DNA from: Pseudoalteromonas translucida KMM 520
GTDB lineage: Bacteria > Pseudomonadota > Gammaproteobacteria > Enterobacterales > Alteromonadaceae
Direction of reading: 5' to 3'
DNA: 32,000 bases
Assembly (NCBI RefSeq): GCF_001465295.1
Contig: NZ_CP011034.1
Span: forward strand, 390,001-422,000
Under the pieces are notes generated by a model. The model made no database searches. It was not told the DNA's origin and was given only the letters and a program-made list of their open reading frames with translations. Shown piece by piece: positions 1 to 9,594 of the stretch. Numbering within the stretch: position 1 is the stretch's first letter; every line of letters begins with the position of its first letter. Made by a program: the position numbers and the translations under genes.

Positions 1-83
1 ATATAGGTGGCTGCGACGACATGATGGCAATAGAAGCACAAGGTCAACTTGATAAAAAGCTAAATGCCACACAAAACGCTTAA
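1..83 (+). CDS. grxC: glutaredoxin 3, C-terminal fragment (gene begins upstream of the window)
   Basis: The frame ending at TAA 81-83 reads IGGCDDMMAIEAQGQLDKKLNATQNA*. This resembles the IGGYDDLYALDARGGLDPLL C-terminus of E. coli Grx3 as I recall it. grxC-secB-gpsA is a conserved neighbourhood. Confidence 0.7.
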   Translation, partial: IGGCDDMMAIEAQGQLDKKLNATQNA

Positions 84-123
84 ATTTTAACTAATTATAA
101 TAACGAACAGGTTAAGGATTACA

Positions 124-612
124 ATGAACGAAGAAACGCAAAACGCAGCAGCACAACAAGAAACTGGCGCACAATTTACTATTCAACGTATTTACACAAA
201 AGACGTGTCGTTTGAAACGCCAAACTCTCCAGCTATTTTTCAAAAAGAATGGACACCAGAAGTTAAGTTAGACCTAGACACTCGCTCTAATAAGTTAGAC
301 GAAGGTGTATTTGAAGTGGTTTTAGCACTAACAGTGACTGCATCTATTGGCGAAGAAACGGCCTTTTTATGTGAAATTCAACAAGCAGGTATTTTTACTA
401 TTGCTGACGTTGAAGAAACACAACTTGCTCATATGCTTGGTGCATTTTGCCCTAACGTATTGTTTCCATATGCGCGTGAAGCAGTTTCTAACCTTGTTAA
501 CCGTGGTACTTTTCCACAGCTTAACCTTGCGCCAGTTAACTTTGACGCATTATTTGCACAATACATGCAACAACGCACAGCGCAAGCTGAGCAGGCATCA
601 GTAGACGCATAA
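124..612 (+). CDS. secB: protein-export chaperone SecB
   Basis: 162-aa ORF with typical SecB length and sequence ([19 protein letters not shown]...). AAGGA lies 6 nt upstream of the ATG. It is followed directly by gpsA, as in enterobacteria. Confidence 0.93.
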   Translation: MNEETQNAAAQQETGAQFTIQRIYTKDVSFETPNSPAIFQKEWTPEVKLDLDTRSNKLDEGVFEVVLALTVTASIGEETAFLCEIQQAGIFTIADVEETQLAHMLGAFCPNVLFPYAREAVSNLVNRGTFPQLNLAPVNFDALFAQYMQQRTAQAEQASVDA

Positions 613-615
613 ATT

Positions 616-1623
616 ATGAGTACAGCAACTTCAGCTGTTACTGTATTAGGGGCGGGGTCTTATGGCACCGCCCTTGCTATTTGCTTAGCCCGAAATGGTC
701 ACCAAGTGACACTTTGGGGTCGCAATAGCGACGACGTTGCCACGCTTGCAGCTGAGCGAAAAAATCAACGTTACTTACCTGATATTCCTTTTCCCGACAC
801 TTTAACTCTTGAAGCCGACTTGCAACGTGCTGCTGCAAGTAATGAAATAGTGTTAGTGGTTGTGCCTAGCCATGCATTTGGCGACACCTTAAAGCAAATT
901 AAACCAGCTTTACAGCAAGGCGCAAAAGTTGCGTGGGCAACGAAAGGGCTAGAGCCAAATACCGGGCGCTTATTACAAGAAGTTGCAGTGCAAGAGCTTG
1001 GTGATGCAATTCCATTAGCGGTGCTTTCGGGGCCAACATTTGCTAAAGAAATGGCCATGGGATCGCCTACTGCTATTTCGGTTTCATCCACCTCTACAGA
1101 ATTTGCCAAGCAGTTAGCTGATTTACTGCATTGCGGTCGCTCATTTAGAGTGTACAACAATGATGATTTTATTGGCATACAGCTAGGTGGTGCGGTTAAA
1201 AACGTTATTGCTATTGGTGCAGGCATTTCCGATGGCGTAGGTTTTGGCGCTAATGCACGCACGGCACTAATTACTCGCGGCCTTGCTGAGCTAACACGCT
1301 TAGGTTGTGCTTTGGGCGCAAAACCCGAAACCTTTATGGGGATGGCAGGCCTTGGCGATTTAATTTTAACCTGCACAGATAACCAGTCACGTAATCGTCG
1401 TTTTGGTTTAGCGTTAGGTAAAGGCGAAAGCGTAGAGGCTGCAATAGAGTCTATAGGCCAAGTGGTCGAAGGCTTTAGAAACACCAAAGAAGTGTATTTA
1501 TTAGCGCAGCGCAGCGGTGTAGAAATGCCAATCACCGAGCAAATTTATAAAGTGCTGTACGAAAATAAAGACATGAAAGAAGCGGCTATGGCCTTATTAG
1601 GCCGAGAGCAGCGCTCAGAATAA
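616..1623 (+). CDS. gpsA: NAD(P)H-dependent glycerol-3-phosphate dehydrogenase
   Basis: 335 aa with the N-terminal Rossmann motif [10 protein letters not shown] and full-length resemblance to GpsA. It starts 4 nt after the secB stop. Confidence 0.95.
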   Translation: MSTATSAVTVLGAGSYGTALAICLARNGHQVTLWGRNSDDVATLAAERKNQRYLPDIPFPDTLTLEADLQRAAASNEIVLVVVPSHAFGDTLKQIKPALQQGAKVAWATKGLEPNTGRLLQEVAVQELGDAIPLAVLSGPTFAKEMAMGSPTAISVSSTSTEFAKQLADLLHCGRSFRVYNNDDFIGIQLGGAVKNVIAIGAGISDGVGFGANARTALITRGLAELTRLGCALGAKPETFMGMAGLGDLILTCTDNQSRNRRFGLALGKGESVEAAIESIGQVVEGFRNTKEVYLLAQRSGVEMPITEQIYKVLYENKDMKEAAMALLGREQRSE

Positions 1624-1832
1624 AAGGGCAGCTTTCATAAAGCTAAATTTTAGGTGTCAGATTTTAGGTATCAGGTTTTAGGTAGAAATTAGCCAAGCTC
1701 GGTGTGTGGGTTAAACCGCAGACGGGCTTAATGTCGCGCAGGTTAAGCTTTAAACCCTGCGCGAGGTAAACTTCCACCTACAAGTTAGGCGCTTGGTTTA
1801 TATCATTTACCTAAAACCTTGCGCCTAAAACT
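1624..1832 (+). repeat. structured intergenic repeat, copy 1
   Basis: It begins AAGGGCAG immediately after the gpsA stop (1621-1623). The core is ...AGGTTTTAGGTAGAAATTAGCCAAGCTCGGTGT...CGCGCAGG-N13-CCTGCGCGAGGTAAACTTCC..CTACAAG. The 3' end TACCTAAAACCTTGCGCCTAAAAC is the inverse of the 5' AGGTTTTAGGTA motif. Confidence 0.85.
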
Positions 1833-1841
1833 CTTTACTTC

Positions 1842-2306
1842 TTACTTTGCGCCCGGAAACCCAAGCTGGCGCCACGATTCATACACAAACACCGAAACCG
1901 CGTTAGATAAGTTCATACTGCGGCTATTGGCTTGCATTGGAATGCGCACCCGTTGCTCGTTTGGAAGCGATTGAATTAGCTCATCCGGAAGGCCGCGCGT
2001 TTCAGGGCCAAATACTAAACAGTCGCCAGCCTCGTATTGTGCCTGATGATGAAATTGGCTGCCTTTAGTGGTGCAAGCGTATATTTTTTTAGGCTTGCAT
2101 GCTTCTAGGTAAGCTTCAAACGAAGCATGGCGTTGTACATGGCTAAATTCATGATAATCAAGGCCGGCACGTTTTATTCGTTTGTCATCCCATGCAAAGC
2201 CAAGTGGCTCAATTAAATGTAGCGAATAGCCCGTATTTGCACATAAGCGAATAATATTACCGGTATTCGGTGGGATTTCAGGTTGGTATAAAACAATATC
2301 CAGCAT
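1842..2306 (-). CDS. trmL: tRNA (cytidine/uridine-2'-O)-methyltransferase TrmL (SPOUT family)
   Basis: 154 aa. [26 protein letters not shown]... and the C-terminal [10 protein letters not shown] knot region are typical of YibK/TrmL. Confidence 0.9.
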   Translation of the reverse strand: MLDIVLYQPEIPPNTGNIIRLCANTGYSLHLIEPLGFAWDDKRIKRAGLDYHEFSHVQRHASFEAYLEACKPKKIYACTTKGSQFHHQAQYEAGDCLVFGPETRGLPDELIQSLPNEQRVRIPMQANSRSMNLSNAVSVFVYESWRQLGFPGAK

Positions 2307-2416
2307 AACGAGCCTTATAAAATAGTCAGTAATTTAACGATTTGCAGTATACACAGAAAGCGTGTAAAAAACTGATATACTCACTTTATTCAATACACTT
2401 ATTAACGGATAAATAC

Positions 2417-3334
2417 GTGCATAATCGCAGTTACGAATTTTGGGTAAAAACCTCTAGTTTAGTCACTATGGTCATGGTGAGCTTAATGATTGCAGCTAAA
2501 ACCTGGGCATGGCTTGCCTCGGGTTCAGCGTCAATGCTGGGCTCATTAACCGATTCACTCATGGATATTACCGCCACAGCTATGAGTTTTTTAGTATTAG
2601 GTTATGCGCTGCGCCCCGCCGATGACGACCACCGTTTTGGTCACGGCAAAGCCGAAGCGCTCGCTGGGCTAGGGCAGGCCGCATTTATTGCAGGTTCTGG
2701 CTGTTTATTAGCGTTTCATAGTATAGAGCGCTTGTTTAATCCTTTAGAGCTCACTCATTCATTGTTAGGTGTATGGGTAAGTATTTTTGCCATTGCCTGT
2801 ACATTAGTGATTGTATTTGTACAAAATAAAGTAGTTAAACATACCGAATCTATTGCAATAAAGGCCGACTCAGTACATTACAAAGGCGATTTGATTTTAA
2901 ATGCTGCGGTGCTACTGGCTATTTTACTCTCGTATTATGGTGTGTTGTACGCCGACCCTATTTTTGCAGTTGGCGTTGCCGGTTATCTACTTTATAACAG
3001 CTGGGATATAGCCCGAGATAGCGCAGATCACTTAATGGACAAAGAACTGCCAGATGAAGAAAAACAACGCATTTTAGATGTATCGAAAAGCCATACTGAC
3101 GTACGCGGTGTACACGGCGTTCGTACCCGACAAGGTGGAAAAGTTAAGTTTATTCAACTGCATTTAGAGCTAGATGATCACCTAAGCTTAATTCGCGCGC
3201 ACAACGTAGCCGATGAAGTAGAGGCAATGATCACTAAAGAATTTGAGTCAGAAGTTGATATTCTAATTCATCTAGATCCTTTGTCTTCTGTGGAACTGAG
3301 TGACACTGAGGGGGCAGCGGTAACTGAACCGTAA
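2417..3334 (+). CDS. fieF: cation diffusion facilitator family metal efflux transporter (FieF-like)
   Basis: LTDSLMDI...RPADDDHRFGHGKAEALAGL matches the FieF/YiiP signature, and a C-terminal cytoplasmic domain is present. The ORF is open from TTG 2342, but GTG 2417 gives an N-terminus the same length as E. coli FieF. The start is uncertain. Confidence 0.8.
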   Translation: MHNRSYEFWVKTSSLVTMVMVSLMIAAKTWAWLASGSASMLGSLTDSLMDITATAMSFLVLGYALRPADDDHRFGHGKAEALAGLGQAAFIAGSGCLLAFHSIERLFNPLELTHSLLGVWVSIFAIACTLVIVFVQNKVVKHTESIAIKADSVHYKGDLILNAAVLLAILLSYYGVLYADPIFAVGVAGYLLYNSWDIARDSADHLMDKELPDEEKQRILDVSKSHTDVRGVHGVRTRQGGKVKFIQLHLELDDHLSLIRAHNVADEVEAMITKEFESEVDILIHLDPLSSVELSDTEGAAVTEP

Positions 3335-3340
3335 GTAAAA

Positions 3341-3539
3341 CTGGAATTTCAGGTTAAAACCAGCAAACACTGGATTTAACCTGATACTTTTGCCCTAGAT
3401 GTGAAGTTTACCTCGCGCAGGGTTTTAAAAACGTAACCAGCGCGGCATAAAGCCCCGCCTATGGTTAACCCAAACACCGAGCTTAGTTTTTCTCTACCTA
3501 AAACCTACAACCTAACACCTCAAACCTGCTCTTCCACAC
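3341..3539 (-). repeat. structured intergenic repeat, copy 2 (the only minus-orientation copy)
   Basis: The reverse complement reads GGAAGAGCAGGTTTGAGGTGTTAGGTTGTAGGTTTTAGGTAGAG...TAAGCTCGGTGTTTGGG...TAGGCGGGGCTTTATGCCGCGC...CCTGCGCGAGGTAAACTTC. It starts 1 nt after the stop of the minus-strand pldB gene (3540-3542). Confidence 0.85.
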
Positions 3540-4472
3540 CTATTCGCAAAACTGGTACAAACTTGTTAGCAGTGGCTGGCGTATTTCATCACGTTCAAAT
3601 AATAGTTCGTGTTTAGCGCCGGCAAAGCTTTTTATTACGGCTTGGTTATGTCGGTTTGCCAGTTTATCTTGCGCGGCGTTATCTACTACTTCGTCGCGCT
3701 CTGCGCTGGCTATAAACAGTGGAATATTAATACTTAACTTATCAACCGATGCAATAAAGGTAAATGCGGCTTGTAGCCAGCCATAGGTTACGCCACCAAG
3801 CTGCAACAGTGGATCTTGATAGGTTTGCCTAAAAAATTTATAACGCACTTGGCTGCTAGTTAATGTATTTAAGGCAAACTCATCTGGGCTGTAATCGTTT
3901 TGCCCAAGGGCATAACTTTGTGAAAAACCGAAAAGCACAGCTGCGTTGGCAATCAATTTTGCCAACGGTTTTGGGGTGTTTTTAGTGTGAATGTCAAACA
4001 TGGGTGCCGATAAAAATAACCCACTAAAACTATTTTCAAAGTGGGCTAAATAGTCAAAAGCAATTGCACCGCCCATTGAGTGGCCAAGCAGTATTTTTTT
4101 GCCTTGCCAGTGATTATCAACAATTTGTTGATTAAATAAATGCAGATCGTGGCGATAATCAGTAAAGCATTTTACATAGCCTTTATGCGTATTAGCTAAG
4201 TGTCGATAAGAGCGACCTTGCCCTTGATGATCAACAATAAACACGGCAAAATTATTAGTGTACAGCTCCCACAATAGCTCTTTGTATTTATCAAGCCCTT
4301 CTATACGCCCTGAGCTAATTACAATAGCGGTATGCGCCTGTTCAGGTTTTGCATAGGCATAAAATAACTGCCCAGCAGGGGTATTTAAATAGGCTTTAAC
4401 TAGGGTGTTGTTATAAAAATCATTAATACTGGGTTGATTATTAACAAGCTCGTTTTCACTACTGTAAAACAT
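3540..4472 (-). CDS. pldB: lysophospholipase L2-like alpha/beta hydrolase
   Basis: 310 aa. SGRIEGLDKY...VDHQGQGRS...GHSMGGAIA...SAPMF...AERDEVVDN...KHELLFE is collinear with E. coli PldB as I recall it. GHSMG is the nucleophile elbow. Confidence 0.75.
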   Translation of the reverse strand: MFYSSENELVNNQPSINDFYNNTLVKAYLNTPAGQLFYAYAKPEQAHTAIVISSGRIEGLDKYKELLWELYTNNFAVFIVDHQGQGRSYRHLANTHKGYVKCFTDYRHDLHLFNQQIVDNHWQGKKILLGHSMGGAIAFDYLAHFENSFSGLFLSAPMFDIHTKNTPKPLAKLIANAAVLFGFSQSYALGQNDYSPDEFALNTLTSSQVRYKFFRQTYQDPLLQLGGVTYGWLQAAFTFIASVDKLSINIPLFIASAERDEVVDNAAQDKLANRHNQAVIKSFAGAKHELLFERDEIRQPLLTSLYQFCE

Positions 4473-4475
4473 TCA

Positions 4476-5891
4476 CTACTCTTTTATTATTGGTAAAGTA
4501 ACCATGGCGCACAGGCCACCTTGTGGTTTATTTGATAAAACCAAGCTGCCGCCATGAGCAATAATAGCATTTTTGGCAATTGCTAAACCTAAACCCGTGC
4601 CACCACTCACTCGGTCACGCGCATCTGACTGCCTAAAAAACGGCTCACATAACTTACTTAGCTGGTTATTTGGTACACCTGGGCCATCATCACATATTTC
4701 AATATAAATGGCATCACCGTGCTTTAGGGTAAGGCTAATAGTGTGCTGTGCATACTTAATGGCGTTGCGCAGTAAGTTTTCCAGTGCGCTGGCAATTAGC
4801 GCTTCATCGCAATTTAGTGTTACCGCCGCCGAGCCACTTACTTGTAGTTGCTTGTTATGCTGTTTTGCTTCAAAAGTGGCATCGTTAAGTACATGATCAA
4901 CAATATCTTGCAGCGACTGCTTGTGTAGCGATAACGCTTGGCTATTTGCCTCTAAACGCGACACTTGTAATACATCGGCAATCATTTTATCGAGTTGATT
5001 GGCTTCTTTTTCTATACGCAGTAAGTACGATTGGCTGGCTTCGCTTGCTTGCATTTGCGCAAGGCCAGTCGCCATTTTTAAGCGAGTAAGTGGCGAGCGT
5101 AGTTCGTGCGATATATCGGCCAGTAAGCGTTTTTGCGCGCTAATTAATTGCGCTAATTGGTCAGCCATACGGTTAAAGTCACGACCTAATATACCTAGCT
5201 CATCTTTACGATTAGCGGATATGGCAGCCCGGGCTGTTAAATCGCCGGCAGAGAGTTTAATCGCGGCTTTTTTTAAGCTGTTAATAGGCGCAATTAAATT
5301 ACGACTGAATAAAAAACTCAAAATAAGTGAGGCAATAATCGCAATCGAAATTTTTATCCATTTAGGCATTAACATTAAGCGCACGAATAGCGGCGGCTGG
5401 TGGTTTATGTCTATTTCGTATAAATAAAAGTGGCCCTCAGGTACATTTACACTGATAGGGCCAAAGGCCTGAAAATGTTCGGTAATTATTACCTGCGGCA
5501 GCATACTTTTACTAAAATTAAGCAAGCTTAAATCAATATTGCTCGGCACTTCTTTACTGGTTATAAAGTCATCGCTTTGCGCGGCACTTAAATACAATAA
5601 CTTACGTTTTGATAGTCTAGGGTGAGTAACAATATCGCTCAAGGTGCGCTGATGCTTAGTAACTGCGCGCTCAATGCTTTTAGCGGTATGAGCGAGGTTT
5701 TTTTTCATCGGCCCTTTTAATGGCTCATTACTGAGTACATTAATTAGCGTAATATGGCTTAAAAAAACAAGCGCAGCTATGGTGCCTATAATGGTAAGCC
5801 AGAACCAAATAAACACTTTAAAAAACAAGTAGTGATGTGGTTGCTTTAGCCACGCAAAGTAGGGCGCTTTATTCGCCTTGAATAAAGACAT
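4476..5891 (-). CDS. cpxA: envelope-stress sensor histidine kinase CpxA
   Basis: 471 aa with two TM segments, a HAMP domain, the H-box RLLADISHELRSPLTRL, the N-box ALENLLRNAIKYA and the G-box SGGTGLGLAIA. It closely parallels E. coli CpxA and overlaps the cpxR 3' end by 23 nt. Confidence 0.85.
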   Translation of the reverse strand: MSLFKANKAPYFAWLKQPHHYLFFKVFIWFWLTIIGTIAALVFLSHITLINVLSNEPLKGPMKKNLAHTAKSIERAVTKHQRTLSDIVTHPRLSKRKLLYLSAAQSDDFITSKEVPSNIDLSLLNFSKSMLPQVIITEHFQAFGPISVNVPEGHFYLYEIDINHQPPLFVRLMLMPKWIKISIAIIASLILSFLFSRNLIAPINSLKKAAIKLSAGDLTARAAISANRKDELGILGRDFNRMADQLAQLISAQKRLLADISHELRSPLTRLKMATGLAQMQASEASQSYLLRIEKEANQLDKMIADVLQVSRLEANSQALSLHKQSLQDIVDHVLNDATFEAKQHNKQLQVSGSAAVTLNCDEALIASALENLLRNAIKYAQHTISLTLKHGDAIYIEICDDGPGVPNNQLSKLCEPFFRQSDARDRVSGGTGLGLAIAKNAIIAHGGSLVLSNKPQGGLCAMVTLPIIKE

Positions 5892-6558
5892 AACCTGCCC
5901 CTCTAATGGTTTTAATTAGCTCGTTAGGTAAGTGCTCAGCTATTTTTTTACGAATGTTGCTAACGTGCATATCAATAGAGCGATCAAACGAGGCTAAGCG
6001 CCTGCCAAGTACGTCTTCACTTATTTGCTCTTTACTAACCACCTCGCCAGCACGCTTGGCAAGTAATGCGAGTATTTCGTATTCGGTGCCGGTAAGGGTT
6101 AAGGTAGTTTGTTGAATTAATGCTTCGCGGGCGGCCAAATTAATAGTAACCCCGTTAACGACTAATTTATTGCTGCTAGTGGCATTCATGCTAGTAATAT
6201 GTTCAATACGACGCGTAATTGCTTTAACTCGGGCAAGTAACTCACGGTGATTAAAAGGCTTAGGTATGTAATCGTCTGCGCCAAGTTCAAGGCCAAAAAT
6301 ACGATCAAAATCTTCGCCTTTGGCGGTAAGCATAATTACTGGCGTAAGCTTGGTTTGCCTAAGTTGTTTAAGTACTTCAAAACCATCAAGGGTTGGCAGC
6401 ATTACATCAAGTAGTATAAGTGCGTAGTCGTTCGCTTGCGCTAGTTTTAAGCCTTGCTCACCGTCGTGTACGCTTTGCACGTTAAACCCTTGCGCGGTTA
6501 AATACTCGCTTAATAGCTCACACAAACCTGTGTCGTCATCAATCATTAATAGTTTCAT
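5869..6558 (-). CDS. cpxR: OmpR-family response regulator CpxR
   Basis: MKLLMIDDD...LLDVMLP...PVIMLTA...ELGADDYIPKPFNHREL...TGTEYEIL...RGAGY matches CpxR. I chose ATG 6558 (AAGGG RBS upstream) rather than the ORF-track start at 6660, which adds 34 residues with no homology. Confidence 0.88.
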   Translation of the reverse strand: MKLLMIDDDTGLCELLSEYLTAQGFNVQSVHDGEQGLKLAQANDYALILLDVMLPTLDGFEVLKQLRQTKLTPVIMLTAKGEDFDRIFGLELGADDYIPKPFNHRELLARVKAITRRIEHITSMNATSSNKLVVNGVTINLAAREALIQQTTLTLTGTEYEILALLAKRAGEVVSKEQISEDVLGRRLASFDRSIDMHVSNIRKKIAEHLPNELIKTIRGAGYVFIQGE

Positions 6559-6622
6559 TTTCAAACCCTTGGGTTGTGCCGTATGTGCTGATTTTACCTG
6601 CTTAATAGTACAAAAGTGAATC

Positions 6623-6638
6623 TTTACATAACCTTTAC
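6623..6638 (-). promoter_or_regulatory. candidate CpxR box (GTAAA direct repeat) in the cpxR/cpxP divergent region
   Basis: The minus strand reads GTAAAGGTTATGTAAA (TTTAC at 6623-6627 and 6634-6638). The published CpxR consensus is GTAAA-N5-GTAAA, and here the spacer is 6 nt. Confidence 0.35.
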
Positions 6639-6716
6639 ACTGCTTTGCGTTACTTTGCATTGCAGCGGGTATAGTTACCTCAACAGATTAAAACAACCAA
6701 TCCAATAGTAAAGGTA

Positions 6717-7208
6717 ATGATTATGACTAAAGTAAATACACTTTCAAAACTAGTACTTATTTGTGGCTTAGCAACCGCTACTTTCGGTGCAACCAGTGTT
6801 ATGGCCAAAGGTGATATGCATAAGCAAGGTCACTATTCACAAGCGCACTTTTTACTATCGGAGCGCGGCGCTGATAAACTCGATTTAACACAAGAGCAGC
6901 AAACTAAATTAGAAGCTATATTTGCAGCACAAAAAACGCAAATGCAAGCACTTAGAGGCACAGACAAAGAAGCGCGTAAAGCACAGCGCACCGCTCACAA
7001 AGCTATAATGGAAAGCTTGTTATCAGCAGCAACGTTTGACGAAAATGCCGCAAAAGAGCTACTCGCTCAACGCCACGAAAAAGGTGAAGAAATGGGTTTA
7101 ATTAAATTAAAAACTCAGCACCAAGTAAGGCAAGTTCTAAATGCAGAGCAGCAAGAAAAGTTTGCAAAAATGCAAAAGCGTATGGGTAAGAAAAAACATT
7201 CAAAATAG
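6717..7208 (+). CDS. cpxP: CpxP/Spy-family periplasmic stress protein
   Basis: It has a signal peptide (LVLICGLATATFGATSVMA), an LTXXQ motif (LDLTQEQQ), a second degenerate motif (LNAEQQ) and a helical Lys/Gln-rich body. It is divergent from cpxRA, as in E. coli. ATG 6723 may be the true start because it is better spaced from AAAGG. Confidence 0.7.
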   Translation: MIMTKVNTLSKLVLICGLATATFGATSVMAKGDMHKQGHYSQAHFLLSERGADKLDLTQEQQTKLEAIFAAQKTQMQALRGTDKEARKAQRTAHKAIMESLLSAATFDENAAKELLAQRHEKGEEMGLIKLKTQHQVRQVLNAEQQEKFAKMQKRMGKKKHSK

Positions 7209-7242
7209 CTTTTAGTTGGATAAATTTTTGGCTATATAAAAT

Positions 7243-7280
7243 AAAACACCGAGTTCCATTTGAGCTCGGTGTTTTGCTTT
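7243..7280 (+). terminator. Rho-independent terminator after cpxP
   Basis: The arms AAAACACCGAG (7243-7253) and CTCGGTGTTTT (7265-7275) form an 11-bp stem followed by a T-rich tail. The flanking A-run could allow bidirectional function. Confidence 0.7.
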
Positions 7281-7300
7281 GTATGTTGTTTAAGTAAAAC

Positions 7301-7440
7301 AAGGTGTCAGGTTTTAGATAGAGGTTAAGCCAAGCACGGTGTTTAAATTACCCGCAGGCCAAGCTTTATGCCGCGCGGGTTAAAATTTAAAAACGATTGC
7401 GCGAGGTAAACTCTCGCCTACAAATTCCAGACTAAACCTA
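7301..7440 (+). repeat. structured intergenic repeat, copy 3
   Basis: AAGGTGTCAGGTTTTAGATAGAGGTTAAGCCAAGCACGGTGTTTAAATTACCCGCAGGCCAAGCTTTATGCCGCGCGGG...GCGCGAGGTAAACTCTCGCCTACAAA. It lies between the cpxP terminator and the yacG stop. Confidence 0.85.
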
Positions 7441-7444
7441 TTTA

Positions 7445-7675
7445 TTACTTAAAAAAGTCATCTTCGTTTTTTGCCATCATGGCTTCTATGTCTTCAATCA
7501 TGTCTTGGCTAAAATCTTCAGCTGAGGTTATAGGGGCTGAAATTCTGTTATTTTCAAACGACCATTCGCCTAAATCAATAAGCTGACAACGTTTTGAACA
7601 AAACGGGCGGTGTGGGCTTTGCTCTGACCATTCAACCTTACTTTTACAGGTTGGGCAGTTAACAATAGTTGGCAT
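7445..7675 (-). CDS. yacG: DNA gyrase inhibitor YacG (zinc finger)
   Basis: 76 aa. [10 protein letters not shown]...[15 protein letters not shown] is the YacG zinc-ribbon signature. Confidence 0.9.
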   Translation of the reverse strand: MPTIVNCPTCKSKVEWSEQSPHRPFCSKRCQLIDLGEWSFENNRISAPITSAEDFSQDMIEDIEAMMAKNEDDFFK

Positions 7676-7800
7676 AGTAATCTCTCAATCTTGTTTTAAA
7701 TGGTGCTGTCTAATAGCCAAACTCTAAGTCAGTTTAAATGCTTTTAGTATTGTATTGTATTGGCTTTTATAGAGTCGTATCATTTTTCTGATACCTGATA

Positions 7801-9474
7801 TTAAAAACTCGTTACCCGATTAATTTCAGCTAACGAGGTCATGCCGTCGGCGGCTTTACGAATACCCGATAAACGCAGGTTATTAAATCCGGCTTTAAGC
7901 GACACTTCAGCTATTTCTAGCGAGTTACCGCCGCGCATTATAATTTGTGCTATTTCTGGGGTGATTTTCATTACTTCGTAAATACCTACACGGCCTTTAT
8001 AACCATCGGTACAGTTTTCGCAACCTTTAGGGGCATACAGGGTCATTTCACTAATTTGTTGCTGGCTAAAACCTTGGCGCAGTAGTTCTTCGCTAGGTAA
8101 ATTCTCAGGTGTTTTACACTTAGGGCATAAGCGACGCGCTAGGCGCTGAGCTATAATTAAACTTATTGAACTTGCTACGTTATACGCCGGTACGCCCATG
8201 TTTAATAAGCGGGTAATGGTTTCGGGCGCTGAGTTAGTATGTAAGGTCGAAAGCACTAAGTGACCGGTTTGTGCCGCTTTAATAGATATTTCAGCGGTTT
8301 CTAGGTCACGTATTTCACCTACCATTACTACATCGGGATCTTGGCGTAAAAATGCGCGCAATGCGTTGGCAAAGGTCATATCGGCTTTTATATTAATTTG
8401 TACTTGGTTAATCCCTTCGAGGTTAATTTCTACCGGATCTTCGGCGGTACTAATATTACGCTCTGGCTGGTTTAATATATTTAAGCCAGTGTAAAGCGAT
8501 ACCGTTTTACCCGAGCCAGTAGGCCCAGTTACTAATATCATCCCTTGTGGTTGCTCAAGCGCATCCATATACAGCTTTTTTTGCTCGGGTTCGTAACCTA
8601 ATACATCAATGCCAAGCATGGCGCTAGATGAATCAAGAATACGCATTACAATTTTTTCGCCCCACAAGGTGGGCATGGTGCTTACCCGAAAATCGATGCT
8701 TTTACGCTCGGTTATTTTTAGCTTTATGCGGCCATCTTGCGGTTTGCGTTTTTCGGCAATATCAAGGCGCGACATTACTTTAATACGCGCTGAAAGCTTA
8801 GTTGCTAAAGTATTTGGTGGGCTGGCTACTTCGTGCAAAATGCCGTCAATTCTAAAGCGAATTCGGTACTTGTGCTCGTAAGGTTCAAAGTGTAAATCAG
8901 ACGCGCCTTTTTTAATTGCATCCATTAATATTTTATTGATGTAAACAATGATTGGTGCATCGTCTTTATCATCATCTTGAGTGGTGTCTTTTTGGATATC
9001 GGCGTCTAGTTCGGCAAATTCTTTAAACTCGTCATCACTTAAATTTAAGCTACCAGTGGCATCAAGCAATTGCTCTATTTTGTTATCGAGTTGAACGTAG
9101 TCAGCTACCACCACTTCACAAGACAAACCGGTACTAAATTCAAAGTTTTCAAATGCGCCGTAATCGGTAGGATCAGAGGCGGCAATGTACACTTTTCTGC
9201 CTTTTTGTACTAAAGGCAAAATATGATGCTTACGGATCAGTTTTTCTTTTACTAACTCAGGGGGAATAAGTGCGGTATTAAAGTCTTTTAAATCAAAAAA
9301 AGGCACCCTAAATAAATCAATGCATTGCGCCGCTAAATCTTTACTGTCGATTTTTCCGCATTTAGCAATAAGCTCAGCAGTAGAGGCAAACTCTTGCTGT
9401 TTAGTTTTTACTATATCGGCATCAACACGGCCAAGGGTAATAAATTTTCTTAATAACGGTGAGTTAATATTCAT
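7801..9474 (-). CDS. pilB: type IV pilus assembly ATPase PilB
   Basis: It has the N-terminal T2SSE_N domain, Walker A GPTGSGKT, Asp/His boxes and the tetracysteine CPKC...CENC. I chose ATG 9474 (AGGTG 5 nt upstream) over the TTG at 9498. Confidence 0.9.
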   Translation of the reverse strand: MNINSPLLRKFITLGRVDADIVKTKQQEFASTAELIAKCGKIDSKDLAAQCIDLFRVPFFDLKDFNTALIPPELVKEKLIRKHHILPLVQKGRKVYIAASDPTDYGAFENFEFSTGLSCEVVVADYVQLDNKIEQLLDATGSLNLSDDEFKEFAELDADIQKDTTQDDDKDDAPIIVYINKILMDAIKKGASDLHFEPYEHKYRIRFRIDGILHEVASPPNTLATKLSARIKVMSRLDIAEKRKPQDGRIKLKITERKSIDFRVSTMPTLWGEKIVMRILDSSSAMLGIDVLGYEPEQKKLYMDALEQPQGMILVTGPTGSGKTVSLYTGLNILNQPERNISTAEDPVEINLEGINQVQINIKADMTFANALRAFLRQDPDVVMVGEIRDLETAEISIKAAQTGHLVLSTLHTNSAPETITRLLNMGVPAYNVASSISLIIAQRLARRLCPKCKTPENLPSEELLRQGFSQQQISEMTLYAPKGCENCTDGYKGRVGIYEVMKITPEIAQIIMRGGNSLEIAEVSLKAGFNNLRLSGIRKAADGMTSLAEINRVTSF

Positions 9475-9594
9475 TGCGCACCTGTTTAAATCCTTCAATA
9501 GTTAGCAATTTATCAGAAAAAAGCAGGGATTACATTGCCCATCACAATCTAGGCTAATTTTAGCAATTAAAATAGCTGTTTTTATAATTTATGG

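Noticed and set aside
347-604. 85-aa ORF in an alternative frame within secB
   Set aside because: It overlaps secB in the same direction, and its odd composition (Leu/His/Thr-rich) matches no family. It is an out-of-frame artefact.
771-1535. 254-aa ORF antisense to gpsA
   Set aside because: It lies entirely inside the well-supported gpsA frame on the opposite strand. It has a low-complexity Ser/Ala/Pro-rich composition typical of shadow ORFs and no recognisable family.
2342-2416. TTG-initiated N-terminal extension of the CDF transporter ORF. Similar extensions occur at 6559-6660 (cpxR), 9475-9498 (pilB), 10228-10239 (coaE) and 15411-15431 (nadC).
   Set aside because: Homologues begin at the internal start codons. 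The extensions use rare starts, lack an RBS, or overlap the neighbouring gene.
4999-5427. 142-aa ORF (and the 62-aa ORF at 4708-4896) antisense to cpxA
   Set aside because: These are shadow ORFs within a confidently assigned histidine kinase gene, with no RBS or family resemblance.
7102-7302. 66-aa minus-strand ORF overlapping the cpxP 3' end and terminator
   Set aside because: It spans a terminator hairpin and the end of cpxP, with no RBS and no recognisable family.
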